From the IMG/VR virus record IMGVR_UViG_2681813232_000002: a DNA stretch of 35,822 nt; one strand, given 5' to 3'. The notes under the pieces are model-generated. The model saw only the letters and a list, made by a program, of their open reading frames with translations. It was not told the DNA's origin and made no database searches. Source of the stretch: a virus (taxonomy: Duplodnaviria > Heunggongvirae > Uroviricota > Caudoviricetes). Made by a program: the position numbers and the translations under genes. Shown here piece by piece: positions 25,701 through 33,485 of the stretch (position 1 is the first letter of the stretch; each line of letters begins with the position of its first letter).

Positions 25701-26529
25701 AGGTACATCAGAAAGCACAGGAAAAATGTTGTACCTGAAAAACCACAGAAGCAGCGCTCAAGTGCTGTTAAATGGCGATGATGGCGCGGTGCAACTACTA
25801 AGCGGTACTGTCAACGGTGCTACAGCACAGGCGCTAACCATCAACAAAGATGAGGTTAACTCAACTGTTAATTTAACCCTTACAAAACAATCAGGGACTG
25901 GCAATCGTTTTGTTTTACAGAACGCAGGTAATGCAGAACTACCGTTTTTTGTCAGTGTGTGGGGTTCCAGTACTCGACAAAACGTTCTTGAGGTTGGAAC
26001 GTCTGCTGCGTATCTGTTTTATGCGCAAAGAACGCCAGCAGGCCAGTTGTTTGATGTAAATGGCGCTATTAATTGCACAACGCTGAATCAGTCATCAGAC
26101 CGCGACCTTAAAGACGATATTCTCGTTATCAGCGACGCGACGAAAGCAATCCGTAAAATGAACGGATACACCTACACGCTCAGGGAAAACGGGATGCCTT
26201 ATGCTGGCGTTATTGCACAGGAAGTAATGGAGGCGATACCAGAAGCTGTGGGATCGTTTACTCATTACGGTGAAGAGTTGCAGGGACCAACGGTTGACGG
26301 CAACGAGCTACGCGAAGAAACGCGCTATCTTAATGTTGACTACGCCGCCGTGACGGGTTTACTTGTTCAGGTCGCCCGTGAAACAGATGATCGCGTTACC
26401 GCGCTGGAAGAGGAAAACACAACGCTACGTCAAAATCTGGCAACAGCAGGCACCCGGATCAGCACTCTGGAAAATCAGGTAAGCGAACTGGTTGCACTTG
26501 TCCGGCAGTTAACAGGAAGCGAACATTGA
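22765..26529 (+). CDS. stf: Side tail fibre protein (Stf-like), chimeric: lambda-Stf-like N-terminus, divergent distal region, C-terminal intramolecular-chaperone (peptidase S74-like) domain
   Basis: 1254 aa. N-terminus MAVKISGVLKDGAGKPVQNCTIQLKAKRNSTTV... matches recalled lambda Stf. Ala/Ser-rich repeat region follows. C-terminus has an S-D-R-D-L-K-D-D-I motif followed by a coiled-coil (LEEENTTLRQNL...LENQVSELVALVRQL). Confidence 0.9.
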   Translation: MNMAVKISGVLKDGAGKPVQNCTIQLKAKRNSTTVVANTVASENPDEAGRYSMDVEYGQYSVILLVEGFPPSHAGTITVYEDSQPGTLNDFLGAMTEDDARPEALRRFELMVEEVARNASAVAQNTAAAKKSASDASTSAREAATRATDAAGSARAASTSAGQAASSAQSASSSAGTASTKATEASKSAAAAESSKSAAATSAGAAKTSEMNAAASQKSAATSASTATTKASEAATSARDASASKVAAKSSETSAASSAGSAASSATAAGNSAKAAKTSETNADNSAQAAADSQTASANSATAAKKSETNAKNSEAAAKVSETNAKASENKAKEYLDKVGGLVSPMTQYDWPVVTGNESFYIKIAKLSDPGSNNCHVTLMVTNAGNYGSPYGNIDFIEISARGLPSSLTADNVSRYLSIRRLGATGLTDDNQMRYGLVKGDGFIEVWAFQRAFINGAKVAVLAQTARTELYIPDGFVKQTAAPSGYVEGNVVRIYDQVNKPTKADLGLSNAMLTGAFGLGGSGLVLDGKMTDKELLQELRAKGGCFWRSGKPTGSESTIFSHGSGIFSRCGDTWSAINIDYESGRVKIYSSNDNRLNNGTFNINELYGTKYKPSKSDVGLSNVTNDAQVKKTGDIMSGDLSITKATPSLYLRSKSGTAHVWFQNEDQSERGVIFAPTNTDTLGEVHIRAKNAKGQSSGDFIVRHDGMVEALNLKVTRKINGATAEFANTSTNSDDTTVNIKGSQHTPLVLTRNNTIKNLSIGFKVDDVDQKYLGIAGDGDLYFGSYSDHTKNSKVITQAKLDSGLTVGGKTTFSDLATFNAGISGAIEPENISSETVDLNNLTIKDTDKGSVKYYQCRTAGGGANITNKPDGVGGNFLLRVESIRKVSDSDYINMQTLISGDKGRVYVRFVTNGNFTAWSEHVVSGWNQDVTVRSLTSTTPSKLGGGRIDVLGSTSDYGEMNCTVRGVDSTGTNSAWSVGTSESTGKMLYLKNHRSSAQVLLNGDDGAVQLLSGTVNGATAQALTINKDEVNSTVNLTLTKQSGTGNRFVLQNAGNAELPFFVSVWGSSTRQNVLEVGTSAAYLFYAQRTPAGQLFDVNGAINCTTLNQSSDRDLKDDILVISDATKAIRKMNGYTYTLRENGMPYAGVIAQEVMEAIPEAVGSFTHYGEELQGPTVDGNELREETRYLNVDYAAVTGLLVQVARETDDRVTALEEENTTLRQNLATAGTRISTLENQVSELVALVRQLTGSEH
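23095..23760 (+). repeat. Low-complexity Ala/Ser/Thr-rich repeat region inside stf (GCx/TCx/ACx codon repeats)
   Basis: Protein segment ...SASDASTSAREAATRATDAAGSARAASTSAGQAASSAQSASSSAG... repeated over about 220 aa; it generates the many spurious overlapping ORFs on both strands here. Confidence 0.7.
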
Positions 26530-26712
26530 TATCCTTCAAGCTCTGAAGGAGGCTGTTCCCGGTACGTTCAGACTGTTGTTGAGCTGGAAATCGCAACGGA
26601 GGAAGAGAAAGCGTTACTGGCCGCATGGAAAAAGTATCGGGTGTTGCTGAACCGTGTTGATACATCAACTGCACCTGATATTGAGTGGCCGGAAGAACCA
26701 GACACAATGTAA
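26530..26712 (+). pseudogene. Remnant 3' end of a tail-fibre assembly (tfa) gene, no start codon
   Basis: Directly after the stf stop the same frame stays open for 60 codons, ending ...[45 protein letters not shown], the conserved C-terminal signature of Tfa proteins as I recall it. No ATG or SD. Confidence 0.45.
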
Positions 26713-27246
26713 GCGAAAAAGAAAAACCGCAGACACGACGTATGCAGGACGTGCTGCGGTTGGCTGGTGAACTTCCGATAGTGCGAGTATTGAATGATTT
26801 CAAGCTGTTATCGATTTTACGTATTTTTGTATGAGAGGATTTCCACCACCTCCCACCGACCATCTAAGACTTTATGCCACTGTCCCTAGGACTGCTATGT
26901 ACTAGGAGCGGATGTTAAACTCAGACTCGTTTCAGCTACATTGCGTTTTGAATAATATTCCATCATAATAACTCTTTGAAAAATGTGATCTTTTCATTTA
27001 TAACACTGATGACTTGCTTATCTCATTGGGATATCGGAGGAGAATACTTAACTATGACAAGCCCGATTATTATGACACTGGCTATATTATATAGATTGAT
27101 ATTAAAATGTAGGATTAGGTTCTTGCCAAGGTGTCAAGATTTACAGATAGGTTTAAAACCATATAAATATGTTTTACGGTGAGATACAATACATATTGTA
27201 AGGCATAAACGCTTGGTAAAATTTTAATTATTGGAAGAAGCTAATC

Positions 27247-30200
27247 ATGGAACCCATATCAATTACAGTGGCAACTTATGTAGCAACTAAACTTATTGAT
27301 CAATTCATCTCTCAAGAAGGATATGGTTGTATTAAGAAAGCATTATTCCCCCAAAAAAGATATGTGGATAGATTATATCAACTAATTGAAGAGACGGCAA
27401 TTGAGTTTGAAGAAACATATCCAGTAGAAAGTGGAGCAATACCATTTTATCATTCCGAACCATTGTTTGAGATGTTGAATGAGCACATCTTTTTTAAAGA
27501 GTTCCCTGACAAAGAGATATTATTAGACAAGTTCAAAGAATATCCAAGTATCACTCCCCCAACTCAACAACAACTCAGCCTTTTTTATGAGATGTTATCA
27601 TTAAAAATCAATAATTGTTCGAAGTTAAAAAAGCTACATATCGAAGAAACGTATAAAGAAAAAATATTCGATATTAATGAAGAGCTCATTCAAGTCAAAC
27701 TTATTTTACGGTCTATAGATGAGAAACTAACTTTTCACTTAAGTGATGGTTGGTTAAATGAAAAAAATAGTCAAGCAATAGCTGACTTGGGAGGTCGATA
27801 CACACCCGAACTCAACGTAAAGCTAGAAATAGCAGAGATATTTGATGGCCTCGGTAGAACTAATGATTTTTCTAAAATATTTTATTCGCATATAGATAGC
27901 TTTCTGGTCGCTGGAAAGAAATTACATAGTTGCGATGTAATTTCCTCAGAATTATTTGAAATAAACCAGTCCTTAAAAGAAATTTCTGATATATATCAGG
28001 AGATTAATTTTTCTAAATTAGATGAAATCCCTATAAATAAATTTAATAACTATGTTTCTAGCTGCCAGACAGCTATTGGCGGAGCGGTATCAATATTGTG
28101 GGAACTCCGAGAAAAGTCAGAGCAAGTAGGTGAAACCAAGCATTACAGTGATAAGTATTCATCTACTCTGCGAATGCTTCGGGAATTTGACTATGCGTGC
28201 AATGAATTACGTATATTCATTAATTCAACAACAGTGAAGTTGGCTAACAACCCATTCTTACTTCTCGAAGGAAAAGCAGGAATTGGTAAGTCTCATTTAC
28301 TGGCTGATGTGATTAAAAATCGAATTGCTTCTGGGTATCCTTCACTACTCATACTAGGGCAACAACTTACTTCAGATGAATCTCCATGGTCACAAATCTT
28401 CAAGAGATTACAGCTTAAAATCACTTCTCGTGAATTCCTAGAAAAACTGAATTTATATGGCAAAAAAACAGGAAAAAGAGTCTTAGTTTTTATTGATGCT
28501 ATTAATGAAGGTAATGGAAATAAATTCTGGAATGACAATATTAACAGTTTTGTCGATGAAATCAGATGCTTTGAATGGCTTGGTCTGATAATGTCAGTCA
28601 GAACAACATATAGAAATGTAACAATTTCACATGAGAATGTTGTGCGAAATAATTTTGAAATTCATGAACATATTGGATTCCAGAACGTTGAGTTGGAAGC
28701 GGTTAGTCTATTTTATGATTATTACAATATTGAGAGGCCTTCATCTCCTAACCTTAATCCAGAGTTTAAAAATCCTCTATTTCTTAAGTTATTGTGTGAA
28801 GGCATTAAGAAAAATGGTTTAACCAAAGTGCCTGTTGGATTTAATGGGATTTCAAATATTTTTAACTTTTTAGTTGAAGGGGTAAATAAATCATTAGCAT
28901 CGCCAAAAAAATATGCATTCGATCCCAGTTTTCCTCTTGTTAAAGATGCTCTCAATGAAATCATAAAATTCAAATTAGAGATTGGTCGTAATAGTATTTC
29001 ACTTAAAGATGCTCACTCAGTGGTTCAATCTGTAGTTAATGATTATGTTGCTGATAAAACCTTCCTCAGCGCCTTGATTGACGAAGGATTATTGACTAAA
29101 GGCATAGTGAGAAATGATGATAATTCTACTGAGGAAGTAGTTTATGTGGCTTTTGAAAGGTTTGATGATCATTTAACTGTTAATTTTTTATTAAATGATG
29201 TTGAAAATATCGAAAGTGAATTTAAGCCTGATGGTCGTCTGAAAAAATATTTTCATGATGAATGTGATTTTTATATAAAATCGGGAATAGTAGAGGCGTT
29301 GTCTATTCAATTGCCAGAAAGGTATGAAAAAGAGCTTTATGAATTTCTGCCGGAGTTCAGCAATAATCTTAAATTACTAGAAGCCTTTATTGATAGCTTG
29401 ATATGGCGCGATATTAAGGCTATTGATTTCGAAAAAATTAGACCTTTCATCAATGAACATGTTTTTAAATTTAAAGATAGTTTTGATCATTTCCTCGAGG
29501 CAGTGATCTCTATTTCAGGTTTAGTTGGCCATCCCTTTAATGCTAATTTCTTGCATGATTGGCTAAAAGATTATTCTTTGGCAAATCGAGATTCGTTTTG
29601 GACTACAGAACTTAAATATAAATATAGTGAAGACTCAGCATTTAGGCATCTAATCGATTGGGCATGGGCCAGAACAGATAAAAGCTTTGTTTCGGATGAG
29701 TCAATCGAGCTAGTTGCAACTAGTTTATGCTGGTTTTTAACTTCTAGTAACCGAGAACTTCGAGATTGCTCAACTAAGGCTTTAGTGAGTTTACTCGAGC
29801 CAAGAATTCCTGTATTGAGAAAAATAATTGATAAGTTTTATGGTGTAAATGATCCTTACGTTTGGGAAAGAATATTTGCAGTTGCATTAGGCTGTACATT
29901 GCGAACTGATAATATTAAAGAACTAAAATATTTAGCCGAAACTGTTTACCAAAAGGTATTTTGTTCTAAGTATGTGTATCCAAATATATTACTTAGAGAT
30001 TATGCTAGAGAGATTATTGAATTTGCTAATCATCTTGGATTGGAACTTGAAAGCATTGAATTATCCAAGACTAGACCACCCTACAACAGCATTTGGCCTG
30101 ACAAGATTCCTTCAAAAGAGGAACTAGAGTCCCTTTATGATAAAGAACCTTATCGGGAACTCTGGAGCTCTATTATGGAAGATGGTGACTTTTCACGATA

Positions 30201-31701
30201 TACTATTGGAACAAATTATAATCATTCTGATTGGTCTGGTTGCAAGTTTAATGAAACCCCTGTTGACCGTAAGCAAGTTTTTAAAACTTTCAAATGTAAA
30301 CTAACTGATCAACAAAAAGACTTGTATGATGCCACAGATCCTTTCATTTATGATGATAAATGCGAAGGAATTAAATTTGGTCGTGTGGTCGGTAGAAAAG
30401 CACAGGAAGAAATAAAGGCGAGCAAGAAATTATTTAAGAATTCATTGTCATACGATCTGTTAAGTGAGTTTGAAAATGAAATAGAGCCATACCTGGATCA
30501 TAATAATAATCTGCTGGAAACTGATAAACACTTTGATCTTCGACTAGCTCAACAATTTATATTCAATCGTGTTATAGAGCTTGGTTGGGATCCGGAGAAG
30601 CATGGTAATTTTGACCAACAAATAGGAACTGGACGTGGACGTAGAGAGGCATTCCAAGAACGGATTGGTAAAAAATACCAATGGATTGCTTATTATGAAT
30701 ACATGGCAAGGCTAGCCGATAATTTTACTCGTTTTGAAGGTTATGGTGACGAACGAAAGGAAAATCCATACCAAGGGCCATGGGAGCCTTACGTAAGAGA
30801 TATAGATCCCACTATCTTACTTAAAGAAACTGGAACGAAAAAAATAAGCAATAAAGAAATGTGGTGGCTTAATGATGAAGTGTTTGATTGGACTTGCTCT
30901 AATGAAGACTGGGTTAAAAGTTCTACTACTATAACTAATTCATATGCTTTTATTGAAGTTAAAGATGATAATGGTGATGAATGGATAGTATTAGAAAGTC
31001 ATCCATCATGGAAAGAACCAAAAATTATTGGAAACGATGATTGGGGGCACCCACGAAAAGAGGTTTGGTATCAGATCAGAAGTTATATCGTTAAAGTTGA
31101 AGAATTTGAAAATTTTAGATGTTGGGCAATAGCTCAAGACTTTATGGGCAGGTGGATGCCGGAATGTACTGATAGATACCAATTATTTAATAGGGAGTAC
31201 TATTGGTCCGAAGCATTTAAGTCTTTTAAATCAGATTATTATGGTGGATCTGACTGGACTTCGGTAACAGACCGGGAGTCTGGAGCTAAGATAGCTGATG
31301 TTAGTGTCACTTCGATTAATTATTTGTGGGAAGAGGAGTTCGACAAATCAAAAATAGAAACTTTGAATTTTTTGAAGCCTAGTAACTTAATCTTTGAAAA
31401 GATGGGATTAAAAAGTGGGGAAGTAGAGGGTAGCTTCAATGATGAAAATGGAACTATGGTTTGCTTTGCAGCTGAAGCTGTATATGCTTCAAAGCCGCAT
31501 CTACTTGTTAAAAAAGAACCATTTTTAACAATGTTAAGGGACAATGGTTTTGAAATCGTTTGGACATTATTAGGTGAAAAGGGCGTTATAGGGGGCTCAC
31601 TCATATCAAGTCATCATTATGGTCGACAGGAGTTTAGTGGAGCATTTTATTATGAAGACAGTCAGCTAACAGGAAGTCATAAAACTAGCTTTACGAGATA
31701 A
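27247..31701 (+). CDS. Large P-loop NTPase (STAND/NACHT-like Walker A and B), 1484 aa; candidate single-gene anti-phage defence protein
   Basis: Strong SD (GGAAGAAG) 7 nt upstream of the ATG. Walker A FLLLEGKAGIGKSHLLADV (about residue 335); Walker B RVLVFIDAINEG (about residue 410). Visibly AT-rich compared with the flanking phage genes. Sits in the b-region position between the tail fibre and attR. Confidence 0.85.
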   Translation: MEPISITVATYVATKLIDQFISQEGYGCIKKALFPQKRYVDRLYQLIEETAIEFEETYPVESGAIPFYHSEPLFEMLNEHIFFKEFPDKEILLDKFKEYPSITPPTQQQLSLFYEMLSLKINNCSKLKKLHIEETYKEKIFDINEELIQVKLILRSIDEKLTFHLSDGWLNEKNSQAIADLGGRYTPELNVKLEIAEIFDGLGRTNDFSKIFYSHIDSFLVAGKKLHSCDVISSELFEINQSLKEISDIYQEINFSKLDEIPINKFNNYVSSCQTAIGGAVSILWELREKSEQVGETKHYSDKYSSTLRMLREFDYACNELRIFINSTTVKLANNPFLLLEGKAGIGKSHLLADVIKNRIASGYPSLLILGQQLTSDESPWSQIFKRLQLKITSREFLEKLNLYGKKTGKRVLVFIDAINEGNGNKFWNDNINSFVDEIRCFEWLGLIMSVRTTYRNVTISHENVVRNNFEIHEHIGFQNVELEAVSLFYDYYNIERPSSPNLNPEFKNPLFLKLLCEGIKKNGLTKVPVGFNGISNIFNFLVEGVNKSLASPKKYAFDPSFPLVKDALNEIIKFKLEIGRNSISLKDAHSVVQSVVNDYVADKTFLSALIDEGLLTKGIVRNDDNSTEEVVYVAFERFDDHLTVNFLLNDVENIESEFKPDGRLKKYFHDECDFYIKSGIVEALSIQLPERYEKELYEFLPEFSNNLKLLEAFIDSLIWRDIKAIDFEKIRPFINEHVFKFKDSFDHFLEAVISISGLVGHPFNANFLHDWLKDYSLANRDSFWTTELKYKYSEDSAFRHLIDWAWARTDKSFVSDESIELVATSLCWFLTSSNRELRDCSTKALVSLLEPRIPVLRKIIDKFYGVNDPYVWERIFAVALGCTLRTDNIKELKYLAETVYQKVFCSKYVYPNILLRDYAREIIEFANHLGLELESIELSKTRPPYNSIWPDKIPSKEELESLYDKEPYRELWSSIMEDGDFSRYTIGTNYNHSDWSGCKFNETPVDRKQVFKTFKCKLTDQQKDLYDATDPFIYDDKCEGIKFGRVVGRKAQEEIKASKKLFKNSLSYDLLSEFENEIEPYLDHNNNLLETDKHFDLRLAQQFIFNRVIELGWDPEKHGNFDQQIGTGRGRREAFQERIGKKYQWIAYYEYMARLADNFTRFEGYGDERKENPYQGPWEPYVRDIDPTILLKETGTKKISNKEMWWLNDEVFDWTCSNEDWVKSSTTITNSYAFIEVKDDNGDEWIVLESHPSWKEPKIIGNDDWGHPRKEVWYQIRSYIVKVEEFENFRCWAIAQDFMGRWMPECTDRYQLFNREYYWSEAFKSFKSDYYGGSDWTSVTDRESGAKIADVSVTSINYLWEEEFDKSKIETLNFLKPSNLIFEKMGLKSGEVEGSFNDENGTMVCFAAEAVYASKPHLLVKKEPFLTMLRDNGFEIVWTLLGEKGVIGGSLISSHHYGRQEFSGAFYYEDSQLTGSHKTSFTR

Positions 31702-31802
31702 AAATGAATCTCAGAGCTGAATATATAAGTAGTATTAGAAACCGGGTTATACTTAAGAAATCAATCTTAAGTGTGGCAGTCGAATGGTAGCTAATATGCT
31801 AG

Positions 31803-31838
31803 CGGCGCTAATGCCTGTTTGTTGCTCATAACAGGCAT
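31803..31838 (+). terminator. Possible hairpin terminator downstream of the large NTPase gene
   Basis: AATGCCTGTT-TGTTGCTCAT-AACAGGCATT inverted repeat followed by a T-containing tract; weak. Confidence 0.3.
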
Positions 31839-32084
31839 TCACTTTAGTTATGGCAGAAAAGTATACATGCTGGGTTGGGAAAGTGTGAAAGAAAGGAAGA
31901 TTGCTGCGCCGTTTGTCGTCACGTTTATCTTCATTGGCTATGCAAGTCGTAATAAAAGGTGGGACAAAACTGAGACACATAAAGCCTCGCAATGGCTTGC
32001 AAGGCTTTACATGTTTTGATGTGGTGGGATGTGTGAGCGCAGTGTTGATGGGGTAATGCTTTGAATTAGAAGCGGATTCTTATA

Positions 32085-32130
32085 ATTCGTAATGCGAAGG
32101 TCGTAGGTTCGACTCCTATTATCGGCACCA
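32085..32130 (+). repeat. 46-bp copy of the 3' end of tRNA-Thr(CGU) (thrW-type), ending in CCA; att core duplicate (probable prophage attR), not a functional tRNA
   Basis: ATTCGTAATGCGAAGGTCGTAGGTTCGACTCCTATTATCGGCACCA matches the anticodon-loop to 3' end of E. coli tRNA-Thr(CGU) as recalled. The D-arm and 5' acceptor strand are absent upstream. Confidence 0.8.
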
Positions 32131-32294
32131 TCACCTAGTTTTCCCAAGTCAACCCACATCAACAAAATCATTTAAAAACATATATATTACGTTGTTTTCA
32201 TACGTTTGAGGTCAACCCTTGTCTCTTGAAATCAACACGCGGTTGGGGGCACAATCAGGGGCATGTTCTGTTCGATCTAGGAAATGTGCCCCCA

Positions 32295-33485
32295 ATGATG
32301 CTGAATGCCCGCAAGGTTGAAGCTGCGAAAGGAAAAGAGAAGAGCTACAAGCTGTTTGATGGAGGTGGCCTATACCTTCAGGTCGAACCTAATGGCTCGC
32401 GTTACTGGCGTATGAAATACCGTTTTGCTGGTAAAGAGAAACGATTGTCCTTTGGTGTTTATCCAACAGTCACACTTGCTGATGCCAGACAAAAACGAGA
32501 AGACGCGAAGAAACTACTCGCAGCAGGTGAAGATCCCGGCGAAGTCAAAAAAGCCAAAAAGCAGGCTTTAAATGCAGCGAGTGAGACACTTAACCCATTC
32601 AGAGAAGTGGCGTTAGAGTGGCACAAAATGAAATCACCCAAATGGTCTGAGGGCTATGCTTCCGACATCATTGAGGCATTCGAGAAAGACATTTTCCCGC
32701 ATATTGGGCACAGACCTATAGCTGATATTCAGCCCCTTGAACTGCTTGAAGTTCTGAGGTTGATAGAAGCTCGAGGCGCTATGGAGAAAGCGAAGAAAGT
32801 CCGTCAGCGATGCGGTGAAGTTTTTCGCTATGCCATCGTAACGGGTAGGGCAATCTACAATCCGGCACCGGATCTTGCCAGTGCGATGCAAGGACATGAA
32901 GCAGTCCACTATCCATTCCTCAAAGCCAACGAACTACCGGAGTTCTTTAATGCCCTTAATTCTTATTCAGGAAGTCCAATTGTATTGTTGGGGGCGCATT
33001 TACTTATCCTGACAGGTCTACGAACTGGAGAACTACGAGCAGGTGAGTGGCGAGAGGTGGATTTTGATAATGCGGTGTGGGAGATCCCAAAAGAACGTAT
33101 GAAAATGCGTAGGAGCCATATTGTCCCGTTGTCAAAACAAGCATTATCCCATCTCAAAAGTTTGAAAGAACTAACTGGGAACTACCCGCTGATGTTCCCT
33201 GGACGCAACGATCCCAGCAAATTTATGAGTGAAGCAAGCATTAATCAGGTGTTTAAACGTATTGGATATGCAGGGCGTGTTACGGGGCATGGTTTCAGGC
33301 ATACGATGAGTACAATCCTACATGAGAAAGGATTTAACAGCGCTTGGATTGAAACCCAGCTTGCTCATTCGGACAAAAACTCTATTCGTGGAATTTATAA
33401 CCATGCCCAATATCTCGAAGGGAGAAGAGAAATGATGCAATGGTATGCTAATTATTTATCTGAGCAAATTGGTACTCATAAATGA
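32295..33485 (+). CDS. int: Tyrosine recombinase/integrase, P4-like (genomic-island type)
   Basis: MMLNARKVEAAKGKEKSYKLFDGGGLYLQVEPNGSRYWRMKYRFAGKEKRLSFGVYPTVTLADAR... is the typical P4-type N-terminal arm-binding domain. C-terminal catalytic region has R...HGFRHT...Y-like motifs. The ORF track starts at 32226 but there is no ATG before 32295. Confidence 0.9.
   Translation: MMLNARKVEAAKGKEKSYKLFDGGGLYLQVEPNGSRYWRMKYRFAGKEKRLSFGVYPTVTLADARQKREDAKKLLAAGEDPGEVKKAKKQALNAASETLNPFREVALEWHKMKSPKWSEGYASDIIEAFEKDIFPHIGHRPIADIQPLELLEVLRLIEARGAMEKAKKVRQRCGEVFRYAIVTGRAIYNPAPDLASAMQGHEAVHYPFLKANELPEFFNALNSYSGSPIVLLGAHLLILTGLRTGELRAGEWREVDFDNAVWEIPKERMKMRRSHIVPLSKQALSHLKSLKELTGNYPLMFPGRNDPSKFMSEASINQVFKRIGYAGRVTGHGFRHTMSTILHEKGFNSAWIETQLAHSDKNSIRGIYNHAQYLEGRREMMQWYANYLSEQIGTHK

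Noticed and set aside
26527-26712. Programmed stop-codon readthrough extending Stf by 60 residues
   Set aside because: No evidence for readthrough signals; the Tfa-like identity of the extension makes a recombination scar the simpler explanation.
26725-26765. Terminator after the tfa remnant
   Set aside because: An imperfect hairpin (CCGCAGACACG...CGTGCTGCGG) is present but is not followed by a T-run; not called.
26976-27182. 68-aa plus-strand ORF in the AT-rich spacer upstream of the large NTPase gene
   Set aside because: No RBS, odd composition; AT-rich intergenic DNA readily gives short ORFs. More likely promoter or regulatory sequence for the downstream gene.
31753-32019. Small ORFs on both strands (79 aa minus, 66 aa plus) between the NTPase gene and the att core
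   Set aside because: Mutually overlapping, no RBS, in a region containing hairpins; more likely non-coding attP-arm or terminator sequence.
32085-32130. Calling this a functional tRNA-Thr gene
   Set aside because: Only the anticodon-loop to 3' end portion (46 nt) is present; the upstream sequence cannot form the D-arm or acceptor stem.
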